The notes beneath the pieces are model-generated. The model did no database searches. It was not told the DNA's origin and saw only the letters and a program-made list of their open reading frames with translations. Position numbers and translations under genes: made by a program. Of a stretch of 26,225 nt of DNA, positions 8,513 through 17,102 are shown piece after piece. Positions within the stretch are counted from its first letter, which is position 1, and every line of letters begins with the position of its first letter. This DNA comes from Chlamydiota bacterium (lineage in GTDB: Bacteria > Chlamydiota > Chlamydiia > Chlamydiales > SM23-39): assembly GCA_038534095.1 (NCBI GenBank), contig JBCAXK010000021.1:1-26225 (forward strand), in the 5' to 3' direction.

Positions 8513-9583
8513 TCAATATACATCTGTTAAGAATCGTCCCTGTTTTTTTAACGATCGTAAATAGAGACGACTTTCTTCGGGAGAAAGGTTCTCCCTTTTT
8601 TGGAAAATTGTTTCTAAAGTGCGCTCTACGTCCTTTGCCATCTTTTTTGCATCTCCGCAGAGATAGATGTACGCGCCATTTTCTATCCAAGCATGGACTT
8701 CGTCTTGATATTTTTCTAGAAGGTTTTGTACATAGATCCGATCCTCTTGATCGCGAGAAAAAGCAACATCGACACGTAGTTCTTGCTGTTTTGCAAGGGC
8801 CTCCCATTCATCTTCATAATAGAAATCAAAAAGGCGTTGCCGTTCTCCAAAAAAGAGCCAGTGTTTGCCTGAAGCGTTTTGCGCCGCCCTTTCTTGTAGA
8901 AAAGAGCGGAAAGGAGCAATGCCTGTTCCAGGGCCGATCATGAGAAGGTTTTTTGAGGCATCTTGGGGAAGGCGGAAGTGGGGCGCTTTGTGGATAAACG
9001 CTTGCACGGTTTCTCCTTTCTGTAAATCCTGACAGAGGTAAGAACTCGCAGTTCCCCATCTTGCAGCTCCCTTCAGTTCGTACTGCGCTAAGGCGACGGT
9101 TAAATGGATTTCTTGAGGGTGGAGCGTGGGAGATGAAGCAATCGAATAGAAACGGGGCATTAAAGGTAAAAGAAGTTCGGTCAGCTCCTGAGGAGAAAGC
9201 CCTGGGGCCTGATGGTTAGCAACAAGATCTACAAGATCTCCTGAGAAAGATTCGATCTGAAATGTTTTGCTAAGACGCTTAGTAACGCGGCCTAGATTCG
9301 CCTGGTTTTGGAGAAAATCGTAGAGAGTCGAGGGCTCCCCTGTTTTTTTTGAGACGATGATTTCTTCTCCTGAAAATGGGAGATGGCTTAGAATGTTTTT
9401 TACTACGGCCGTTCCATTTTTCGGAAGAAGTCCAAGGCTATCCCCAGGAAGGTAACCTAAGGGATGGGGGAATTGGAGGACGATGTGGAAAGTCGTTTTC
9501 GTAGAGCCCTCTTTTGTTAGGGAAAAGCGCGCACCAAGCGTTCCTTCCAGCCAGTTTTTTTCTTTTTGCATCGAAGTCTTCAT
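8513..9583 (-). CDS. cysJ: FAD/NADPH-binding oxidoreductase, CysJ (sulfite reductase flavoprotein)-like, lacking the flavodoxin domain
   Basis: YLPGDSLG, PRFYSIASSP, GTASSYL, MIGPGTGIAPFRSFL, WLFFGER, AFSRDQ, YVQ, YLCGDAKKMAKDV, C-terminal DVY. Start moved from 9763 to 9583 (alternative 9571) because the upstream 60 codons overlap an opposite-strand ORF. Confidence 0.85.
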   Translation of the reverse strand: MKTSMQKEKNWLEGTLGARFSLTKEGSTKTTFHIVLQFPHPLGYLPGDSLGLLPKNGTAVVKNILSHLPFSGEEIIVSKKTGEPSTLYDFLQNQANLGRVTKRLSKTFQIESFSGDLVDLVANHQAPGLSPQELTELLLPLMPRFYSIASSPTLHPQEIHLTVALAQYELKGAARWGTASSYLCQDLQKGETVQAFIHKAPHFRLPQDASKNLLMIGPGTGIAPFRSFLQERAAQNASGKHWLFFGERQRLFDFYYEDEWEALAKQQELRVDVAFSRDQEDRIYVQNLLEKYQDEVHAWIENGAYIYLCGDAKKMAKDVERTLETIFQKRENLSPEESRLYLRSLKKQGRFLTDVY

Positions 9584-9625
9584 AAAATTCTCGACATTTC
9601 CAGATGTTCCCTTTATTTTTAGGAT

Positions 9626-9811
9626 ATGAGGTTTTCTGTTTTTCTTTTTCTTATGGCTAGTTGTTCTAATGGATACCATAACCGGAGTTACATCATTTCT
9701 CAATCTCCAATACAAGAGCCTGTAGAAGAACACCTCGAGAGCGATGGAGAAAGATGCTGGCAAGCGGTTTTAGATGCGCCTGAAGAAGACCTGATTTTAG
9801 AAGATTCATAA
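9626..9811 (+). CDS. Putative small lipoprotein (61 aa)
   Basis: MR + hydrophobic FSVFLFL + lipobox-like MAS-C, then an acidic mature part. It fills the gap between the corrected cysJ start and the gltX stop. Promoter-like TCGACA-N17-TATTTT at 9591-9619. Confidence 0.6.
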   Translation: MRFSVFLFLMASCSNGYHNRSYIISQSPIQEPVEEHLESDGERCWQAVLDAPEEDLILEDS

Positions 9812-11305
9812 AGACTCTTCTAAAGACCCTCCTGTATCCCAAAGCTTTTGTAACACACTAAGTCGTTTGTTGGAAATCCCCCCCAAAAAAGCGATTGCGC
9901 GTAAAATCCGGGCTCGAGCTCGCTCTTTACCTAAAATTTCTACCGAAGCAAAGAGAGGAGGCCCTTTCTTTTTCCCCATGATGCTTGCAAAAAGTAGGGG
10001 AATGATCGTTTTTTTATGATGCAGTGACATTCTTTTTGCCACTTCATGAGAGGCTGCTTCTATGCTCGCTTTGGTGTAGTTGTCTCCAAGAGCAAAAAGC
10101 AGGTATTGTAGAACTTCAGCAGATCTTTTACCTTCGCACCCTTTTATAGAAAAGAGTTCTTCGTGGAGAGGGAGTTTGTCCATAAAGAAAAAGTCGCATA
10201 GGGGAATGAAATCGCTAAAGGTTTTCATCCGCGTGTGAACAAGTGGCATCAATTTTTTCATGAACGTATCATTGAAGGACCATGCTTGGATCTTTTCCCA
10301 AAGAGCACTTTCTTCGATGGTATCAATCAAATATTTTTGATTGATCCAATCGAGTTTTTTCTGATCAAAAAAAGCGCCTGATGTTCCAATCCGCGTTGGA
10401 TCAAATTCCCGAATGATTTTTTCGGGTGGGTAGATCTCCTCTTCGTCTTGCATGCTGTAGCCCATATGGCTTAAAAAATTGAGCAGCGCCTGTGGAAGGT
10501 AGCCGCTTTCTTTGAAATAAAAGATCGAAGTGGGGTTTTTCCGTTTAGACAGTTTTTTCCCATCAGCGCCTAACAGAAGAGGCATATGGAGGAAAGTTGG
10601 GGGAGTAAAACCAAAACACTCATAAAGAAATATGTGTTTTGCTGTAGAAGAGATCCATTCATCTCCTCGAATCACGTGGCTAATTTTCATCAGATGGTCA
10701 TCGACCACGTTGGCTAGGTGATAGGTGGGAAATCCATCCGATTTGATGAGAATCTGATCATCAATATCTTGCCAAGGAGTGGTGATTCTTCCTTTGATGG
10801 CATCTTCAAAAACGCACTCACCTGTTAACGGAATTTTGAGCCGAATGACGTAAGATTCTCCTCGCGCCTCTCTTTCTGCAATTTCTTTTTGTTCTAAATT
10901 TCTATACCGCCGGTCATACCCGATTCTTTTGCCCATTTTCCGAGCAAGCTCCCGCATTTCCCGTAGCTCCTCTTCTGTTGCAAAACATTTGTAGGCATGG
11001 CCTGCATCGAGCAATTTTTGCGCATATTCCCGGTAAATAGAAAAACGCTCCGATTGCCTGTAAGGGCCAAAATCTCCCCCAACATCGGGACCTTCATCCC
11101 AATGGATGCCGCACCAGTTAAGAGCTTTATAGATGGCCTCTTCAGAAGACTGGGTAGATCGTGATCGATCAGTATCTTCAATACGCAAAATGAATTTGCC
11201 TCCATAATGGCGAGCAAAAATCATATTGAAAAGGGCAATAAAAGCGGTGCCTACATGAGGATCACCAGTAGGAGAAGGCGCTACGCGCACACGAACAGTA
11301 TTCAT
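9806..11305 (-). CDS. gltX: Glutamate--tRNA ligase
   Basis: VRVAPSPTGDPHVG (HIGH), LRIEDTD, GPYRQSER, DGFPTYHLANVVDD, HVIRGDEW, KLSKR (KMSKS). Confidence 0.98.
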   Translation of the reverse strand: MNTVRVRVAPSPTGDPHVGTAFIALFNMIFARHYGGKFILRIEDTDRSRSTQSSEEAIYKALNWCGIHWDEGPDVGGDFGPYRQSERFSIYREYAQKLLDAGHAYKCFATEEELREMRELARKMGKRIGYDRRYRNLEQKEIAEREARGESYVIRLKIPLTGECVFEDAIKGRITTPWQDIDDQILIKSDGFPTYHLANVVDDHLMKISHVIRGDEWISSTAKHIFLYECFGFTPPTFLHMPLLLGADGKKLSKRKNPTSIFYFKESGYLPQALLNFLSHMGYSMQDEEEIYPPEKIIREFDPTRIGTSGAFFDQKKLDWINQKYLIDTIEESALWEKIQAWSFNDTFMKKLMPLVHTRMKTFSDFIPLCDFFFMDKLPLHEELFSIKGCEGKRSAEVLQYLLFALGDNYTKASIEAASHEVAKRMSLHHKKTIIPLLFASIMGKKKGPPLFASVEILGKERARARILRAIAFLGGISNKRLSVLQKLWDTGGSLEESL

Positions 11306-11313
11306 AAGGATCT

Positions 11314-11342
11314 ATATTGCCCGTTTTTCCCTTAAGAAGCAA
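11314..11342 (-). promoter_or_regulatory. Putative sigma66 promoter for gltX
   Basis: Minus strand TTGCTT-N17-CAATAT, 8 nt before the ATG. No SD. Confidence 0.35.
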
Positions 11343-11454
11343 TGAGGGCCTTGTAAAATAAATAGAGGGAAGAGAGCTGCCTGGTTTGAGTCCTGTTTTC
11401 TGGCTCTTAAGCCTGGAAGGAATAGGAGCAAAAGCCAGCGTGTCTCAGGCCGTT

Positions 11455-13419
11455 TTACGCCCCTTCAGCGTAAGATAGCGGTGTTTTGGAAGGATCCGTT
11501 CTCATCAAAGACAACAGATCCTTCATGATATGGAAACACTCTTGTAGCTGAGGATCAGCTTTCCCTAGCATTTCAAGCGTAGCAGGATCGTATTTTTCTT
11601 TTTCTGTTTCTTTTATAAGGCATTGATACTGAGCGCTCTTTTCAATTCTTGTCGCAGAGTTTTTTTCCAAAATGGGTTTGTAAGGCTCATAAAAGGAGGA
11701 AATTTCCTGTAAATATTTTTGGTAATAAGAACCCAATTTTTTTCTTTGCAAAAGAGGAATATCGGAAAGATCATCCTCAAAGCAAGGAGGGATCGTGTCG
11801 TTATCTATCGGGAACTTTCCAAAGCATTCTCCAATATCTAGGGCATGTAAAGGGCCTGGAACAAGAATGTCGGGTGTTACTCCGACAAGCTGTGGACTTT
11901 TTCCTGAAGCGGTGTAGTAGATGCCTCGTGTCACCCGAAACTCCCCCTGATCGCTGACTTTTCCTTGGGAGGCAGCGTCTAAAGTGACCGTTTGGAAAGT
12001 CCCTTTACCAAAAGTTCTTGTATCACCTACAACAAGAGCTTTTCCATAATCTTGTAAAGTACCTGCTACAATTTCCGCAGCAGAAGCGGAGACTTTGTTC
12101 GTTAAAACGATGAGAGGTCCATTCCAAAAGGCTTTTCCCCCTTGAGACCGGGACCTGCGCACATGCCCTTGGTTATCTTTGATGGACACAACAATCCCGT
12201 TATCCATAAAGAGGCTGCTGACTTTCACCGCTTCATCAAGAAGACCGCCCGAATTGTTCCGCAGGTCTAGAATGACTCCTTTGACCTTCGCCTCTTTTTG
12301 AGCCTCTTCCAACGCTTTTTTGATATCTTTTGAGCTCGAGTGGTTTGGGTCTTGGTAGAACGAGAAAAGCTTGATGTGCGCTAAAACGCCATCAGCGAAA
12401 GGCTCAAGGTCTGTTTGGAGGCGACTTTCTTCTAAAACGACCTCTCCTCGGGTGATTTCAATCTCTAGCGTTTCTTTGGTGATTTCTTCGCTCTTTTCGG
12501 TCTGCTCTCTGAGAATAGTCAGGCGGACAGGAGTGTCTTTCTCCCCGCGGATTTTCTCAACAGCGTCAAAAATGCTGAGTCCCACTATAGGCTCCGCGTC
12601 CACCGCGATGATTCGATCACCCCTTTGGAGCTTCCCACTAAGATCAGCAGGTCCCCCTTCCAAAACGCGCACCACACTAAATCCATCGAAGGTATCTCTT
12701 AGCTGAGCGCCAATACCGAAGAGGCGCTGCTGAACTTGAATCATGAATTGGACCGCTTCTCTTGGGGTGAAGTAGCTTGTGTTGGCATCCAAAGAGGTGC
12801 AAAAAGCTTTGAGCACATGGATCAAAATCCAGTTTTCTTGCGCTTTTTTTTCGTGGGTGAGTACCGATGTTTCGTTGATGTTCCGCCGTTTTTTGACCAT
12901 TTTGCGGTAGATTTCTTGGGTTTCTTTGTCCAAGGTGCGAGCCGTTTCCTCTTGGAGCGAGCGAACAAGCAACAGGCGGTCTTTGAGCTCTTGGGTGCTT
13001 TTGGTCCAACCTAGCTCATCCCAAGCGACTTTGGGGATCTCTGTTAACAGGGGAAGATTCTCCACTTCTTCCTCGAGAAGGCGCCTTCTTTGAATTGCTT
13101 CTACAAATTTTTCCCGAATTGCATAAAAAACGGGATACTTTGCGTAGCGAAAATTGGTCACCATTTCGTCTAGCAGGGGCGTTTTTGGATCGGTCAGTTC
13201 ACCAAGATCTTCCTCTGTGAAATAGGTTTTCGTTGGATCGATCTCCTCTAGAAAAAGGGCAAGTATTTTCCTCGATAGATCCTGATCAATGGCTTTTTGC
13301 GTGACATGAATCGTCAAAATTTGCTGCATTTTATCACGAACTCCCCTGTGGGTGAGGTTTGGCAGGGCTGCAAAGGAATAATTGATGAGAAAAAAAAGGA
13401 GAAAAAAGAGAGATTTCAT
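11455..13419 (-). CDS. tsp: Tail-specific (carboxyl-terminal processing) protease, S41A, with PDZ domain
   Basis: Signal peptide MKSLFFLLFFLINYSFA; PDZ GIGAQL..GGPA..LQRGDRIIAVD; ILDLRNNSGG; catalytic SASAAEI and TFGKGTFQ; YYTASGKSPQLVGVTPDI. Confidence 0.95.
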   Translation of the reverse strand: MKSLFFLLFFLINYSFAALPNLTHRGVRDKMQQILTIHVTQKAIDQDLSRKILALFLEEIDPTKTYFTEEDLGELTDPKTPLLDEMVTNFRYAKYPVFYAIREKFVEAIQRRRLLEEEVENLPLLTEIPKVAWDELGWTKSTQELKDRLLLVRSLQEETARTLDKETQEIYRKMVKKRRNINETSVLTHEKKAQENWILIHVLKAFCTSLDANTSYFTPREAVQFMIQVQQRLFGIGAQLRDTFDGFSVVRVLEGGPADLSGKLQRGDRIIAVDAEPIVGLSIFDAVEKIRGEKDTPVRLTILREQTEKSEEITKETLEIEITRGEVVLEESRLQTDLEPFADGVLAHIKLFSFYQDPNHSSSKDIKKALEEAQKEAKVKGVILDLRNNSGGLLDEAVKVSSLFMDNGIVVSIKDNQGHVRRSRSQGGKAFWNGPLIVLTNKVSASAAEIVAGTLQDYGKALVVGDTRTFGKGTFQTVTLDAASQGKVSDQGEFRVTRGIYYTASGKSPQLVGVTPDILVPGPLHALDIGECFGKFPIDNDTIPPCFEDDLSDIPLLQRKKLGSYYQKYLQEISSFYEPYKPILEKNSATRIEKSAQYQCLIKETEKEKYDPATLEMLGKADPQLQECFHIMKDLLSLMRTDPSKTPLSYAEGA

Positions 13420-13452
13420 AACAAAAACAAGGCCTAGGGTTATCCAATTTTA

Positions 13453-13481
13453 ACTATACGGCATTTTTATTTTTGATCCAA
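13453..13481 (-). promoter_or_regulatory. Putative sigma66 promoter for tsp
   Basis: Minus strand TTGGAT-N17-TATAGT, 33 nt upstream of the ATG. Confidence 0.55.
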
Positions 13482-13574
13482 AATAAAAAGAAAAAGACAT
13501 AAAATACTCTTTTTCAATGAGTTAAATAAATATTCCAAATCGCGTCCAAAAAAGAAAAAACTCTCGAAATTCAC

Positions 13575-13603
13575 TTGCTTTCAAGTCTTTATTATGTAAT
13601 AAT
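13575..13603 (+). promoter_or_regulatory. Putative sigma66 promoter for euo
   Basis: TTGCTT-N17-AATAAT with TG extension at 13595-13596. Confidence 0.45.
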
Positions 13604-13708
13604 CATTATTCAACAGAGGAATAAGAATATATCAATGTTTAGAATATTGATTAAAATAAAAATGATTTTTACAGTTTTTAAATAAAAACCCAAAATAAGG
13701 AAAAAACC

Positions 13709-14176
13709 ATGGTAGAGGAAAAAGATTGGGATCAACCGAGAGAGGCGATCATCGCAGATGACGAATCTCATACAGAAAAGAAGCTTGTTTCTATAACGGA
13801 AGCTGCTCGCATCAATAATGTGACTCGGCAGGCGATCTACGTAGCGATCAAACAAAAAAAACTACGAGCAACGAAAGATTCGACAAGATGGACAATCCAT
13901 TTAGAAGATTTAGAAGAGTACCGGAAGAATAAATACTCTCGAACCAAGTCGACATTTGACGGGGAGCTCCTTTTCGATAATAATCGAGGCTACTATTCCG
14001 TCAATCAAGCTGCGAAAATTTTGAATGTTCCTGCGCAAAAAATCTATTACGCGACAAGAATTGGGCATTTGAAAGCGCATAGAAAAGGCGCAGCTTGGGT
14101 CATCCATGTAGAAGATATTCAAGCCTATCAACAAGGTTACTTGCAAAAAAAATCTTCGGAAGAAGAGGCTAGCTAA
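13709..14176 (+). CDS. euo: EUO, chlamydial early DNA-binding repressor of late genes
   Basis: Two tandem excisionase-like HTH units (VSITEAARINNVTRQAIYVAIKQKKL; YSVNQAAKILNVPAQKIYYATRIG..RKGAAWVI). SD AAGGA. Located between gltX and recJ as in Chlamydia. Confidence 0.95.
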   Translation: MVEEKDWDQPREAIIADDESHTEKKLVSITEAARINNVTRQAIYVAIKQKKLRATKDSTRWTIHLEDLEEYRKNKYSRTKSTFDGELLFDNNRGYYSVNQAAKILNVPAQKIYYATRIGHLKAHRKGAAWVIHVEDIQAYQQGYLQKKSSEEEAS

Positions 14177-14194
14177 ATAGAGTTTTGTGCGTCA

Positions 14195-15907
14195 TTAGAA
14201 ATCACGCACATGCAACTGGATGGTCGCCTTATTGTGAAAATTTTTTACAACAGGGGTGAAGACGACTCGAAAGGGCTCTTCTTTTTGCTGAAGAGTCTCT
14301 TTTTTATCTGCCATAGAGAATCCAATCCCTTCGATCAAATGCATTTCTTGTTTTAGGTACATTTTTACATGGGACTGCCCAACAAGCTTTGCTTTTCGAT
14401 ACTGTTTCACGTCAGCGTATAGGAGGGGGGCTGGGTTCTCATTTCCAAATGGTTCTAATAGCTTCAATGATTCCATTAAATGGAACGTGAGGTCTTGGAA
14501 ACCGATCCTTGCGTCGAGTTTCAACTTTTTCATCATATCCCCCTCTTTTAGCTGCTGATTGGCAGCCTCAACAAAACGTTTTTTGAGTTCTTCGATCCGC
14601 TCCTTTTTGATCGTAAGACCTGCTGCATAATCGTGCCCGCCAAAGTTCTCTAGGAGGTCTCTCTGTTTTTTTAAGATAGAAATCAGAGGGAAGTAGGGAA
14701 TGGTTCTCACAGAACCCTTTCCAAAAGCTTCTTCAACAGCAATGATCATTGCAGGGCAATGGTAGTGGCGAGAAATTTTGGATGCGATGATGGGAACAAT
14801 TCCGGGATGCCAACGATCAGAATACAAAACAATCGCACGCTCTTTGGTTTCTTCAGGATGGTTTTTGAGGATACTATCCACATCATCAGCGATTTTTTTT
14901 TCAATCTTCTGCCTTTCTGCGTTGTACTTGTTGAGCTCGGTCGCTAGTCTATCGGCTGTTTTTTCTTCCTTGGTTAAAAGAAGCTCTACCCCCTTTTGAG
15001 GATCGGCAATGCGACCCAAGCTATTGAGTCTTGGAGCGACTTTCAACGCAATATCAATGGGAGAAATTTCGCCCAGATCGAGTCCGCAAAGATGAAAGAG
15101 CTTTTTGAGTCCAATTCGCTGGTTTTTTTGCAATATTTGGAGTCCGTAACGGACTAAAATCCGGTTTTCCCCTAATAAAGCGCCCATGTCGGCAATCGTT
15201 CCTAACGCCACAAGATCGAGAAAGTCTTTCAGATCAATTCGCTGGGCTAAGAGCTCTCCTTGATCAATGATCGCATTCAAAATGGCGTGAGCCAGCTTGA
15301 AGGCTACGCCAACTCCGGTTAAATCACGGTTTGGATACTGGCTGCCGATCAATTTGGGGTTGAGGGTAGCTACCTTATGGGAGGGTTTTTTTGTGGGCTC
15401 ATGGTGATCTGTGATGATGAGGTCTATGGGATTGCTTCCTTTCGATAGACGCTGTTTTGGATCGATGCTACAATCTACTGTGATCAAAAGAGAGCAGCCG
15501 TTCTCCTTTGCGTAGGTGAACGCATCTTTGGCGAAATTTTTGTCACCATAGTTCGTTTTAGGGATATAACAGAGAACAGGTACGCTGATTTTTTCCAAAA
15601 ATTCTTGTAGAAGAGCTCCCCCCGTCATGCCGTCTACATCATTGTCGGCGTAGATCAGGACTCTTTCCCGTTTTTTTCGGGCCGTAAGAATGCGCTCGAC
15701 TGCTTGATTCATATGGGGTAGTAAATGGGGGGAGTGGAGCTGAGGCAATTTTGCGTACAAAAAGCTGTGAATGTCTTCTAAGTTGGTAAAACCTCTCGAT
15801 ACAAAAATTTGGGCCGTTACGGGATGAATATGAAATTCCCGAATGATTTGTTCAAGGAGAACGGGATTATTTTCAGGGTATACCCAAACGTTTTGCGAAC
15901 TGCTCAT
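14195..15907 (-). CDS. recJ: Single-stranded-DNA-specific exonuclease RecJ
   Basis: DHH family motifs YADNDVDG, ITVDC, ITDHH, LVALGTIAD, APRLNSLGR, GSVR, GGHDYAAG, LEPFGNENPAP. Confidence 0.97.
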   Translation of the reverse strand: MSSSQNVWVYPENNPVLLEQIIREFHIHPVTAQIFVSRGFTNLEDIHSFLYAKLPQLHSPHLLPHMNQAVERILTARKKRERVLIYADNDVDGMTGGALLQEFLEKISVPVLCYIPKTNYGDKNFAKDAFTYAKENGCSLLITVDCSIDPKQRLSKGSNPIDLIITDHHEPTKKPSHKVATLNPKLIGSQYPNRDLTGVGVAFKLAHAILNAIIDQGELLAQRIDLKDFLDLVALGTIADMGALLGENRILVRYGLQILQKNQRIGLKKLFHLCGLDLGEISPIDIALKVAPRLNSLGRIADPQKGVELLLTKEEKTADRLATELNKYNAERQKIEKKIADDVDSILKNHPEETKERAIVLYSDRWHPGIVPIIASKISRHYHCPAMIIAVEEAFGKGSVRTIPYFPLISILKKQRDLLENFGGHDYAAGLTIKKERIEELKKRFVEAANQQLKEGDMMKKLKLDARIGFQDLTFHLMESLKLLEPFGNENPAPLLYADVKQYRKAKLVGQSHVKMYLKQEMHLIEGIGFSMADKKETLQQKEEPFRVVFTPVVKNFHNKATIQLHVRDF

Positions 15908-15928
15908 TAGCCGTTCCTAAAAAGTAGC

Positions 15929-15937
15929 TGAAATACC
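15929..15937 (+). repeat. Left copy of 9-bp direct repeat TGGGCGCCT
   Basis: Identical to 17332-17340 (11/12 when extended: TGGGCGCCT-G/A-AT). Lies 21 nt upstream of the recJ start. Confidence 0.45.
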
Positions 15938-16278
15938 ATGGGCGCCTGATGATTGTAAAACTCGAAGACTCTATCAAATAAAAAATATACAAATAGTATT
16001 ATTTTCGCAATCAGGAGAAAAAAGAAGAGAGAAAGAAGCGGCAGCGTTCACGCAGCTTTTTTCTCGATGTTGACAAGTGGCAAGGTTGTAAAAAGATAGC
16101 AAACGACTATCGAGGTATCAGTCAGGAAGATCTAGTAGCGGGGCTAGATGAGCCAGGGCAAGCCAGAATCGGATAGCTTCGCATCCTTGACTCGCATCGA
16201 TGGAGACTATAGGGATCGTATGATCTTAAGAAAAAGTTTAGCTGCCTGATCCATAAAAAACCCACGCATGTAAATATC

Positions 16279-16301
16279 AGTAGACGTAGACAATGTCTAC
16301 T
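16279..16301. other. Short hairpin downstream of the 248-aa orphan
   Basis: GTAGAC-AAT-GTCTAC (16286-16300), with an alternative pairing AGTAGAC/GTCTACT. No clear U-tract, so terminator function is uncertain. Confidence 0.3.
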
Positions 16302-16319
16302 AGATAGTCTTTGCTATTT

Positions 16320-17066
16320 CTACTTGTCAGAAGATTTCCATCCAAACATTTTGAAGAAAGTAGCGGCCATCGAAAAAAGGGTTCTTGTCGATGACCGCAT
16401 GTTCTTGTCACCTTCAATAGGATTTTCCCAAGGAGGTAGATTGTTGTAATAATCGGGAACTAACCACGATTCTTCTTGATCAGTGGAAATGATTTTGCGG
16501 TCCCATCCTGTCATTAGAATATTTTCAGCTGATTGGATATTTTTAAGAATTTTTTGGGTGGTTGCCAAAGATGTTTTAGCCAGCGGCTTGAACGAAGAAC
16601 TAAGGAATAGTTGCGCGTCGTTTTTACTTAGAATGTTCATAAATATCTTGGTAATAGGGACTTTTGTTTCGAAGCCGTTGGTTTCTTTGCAGACTGAAAA
16701 AGTTGCCAAGATGCCTTTTTTGCTTTCAGCTCCTGTTACAAACAGTGCGTGAAAATCTTGAGACTGTTTGTTTTGGAATGTATATCGGATAAAATCGAAT
16801 ACTTTACACGCAGTAAGGGGAATGCTTCCTTGCGCTGTTCCTTTTTGTTGTTTCGTCTCTAAATCTTCTGCAAAAAAAGGATAAATCGCATGAACCTGTT
16901 GAATGAGTGATTCTTTTGTGTAAGTAGCGTTTTCGGAGGATTGTGTACGAAAAGCTTTTACTAGTACGTTCATCGCGTCCATAAAAGCCTCATCATTCTT
17001 TCTAGAGATGTTAGAAGGAGTGTATGTTGAGACATTCATTTTTCCTTCGGGTGCTGATATTGTCAT
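16320..17066 (-). CDS. Orphan hypothetical protein (248 aa)
   Basis: Long ORF with a perfect SD AAGGAGG 7 nt before the ATG, S/T-rich N-terminus and no recognisable motif. Confidence 0.8.
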   Translation of the reverse strand: MTISAPEGKMNVSTYTPSNISRKNDEAFMDAMNVLVKAFRTQSSENATYTKESLIQQVHAIYPFFAEDLETKQQKGTAQGSIPLTACKVFDFIRYTFQNKQSQDFHALFVTGAESKKGILATFSVCKETNGFETKVPITKIFMNILSKNDAQLFLSSSFKPLAKTSLATTQKILKNIQSAENILMTGWDRKIISTDQEESWLVPDYYNNLPPWENPIEGDKNMRSSTRTLFSMAATFFKMFGWKSSDK

Positions 17067-17102
17067 ATCGAAACCTCCTTACAATAATTTGTTATTTACT
17101 AT

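Noticed and set aside
9584..9763. N-terminal 60-aa extension of the CysJ-like ORF
   Set aside because: No CysJ-like motifs; overlaps a more plausible opposite-strand lipoprotein ORF.
15908..16319. Possible tmRNA, tRNA, 6S RNA or CRISPR array in the long intergenic regions
   Set aside because: No T-arm/CCA pattern, no tmRNA termini and no regularly spaced repeats; GTAGAC/GTCTAC is a single hairpin.
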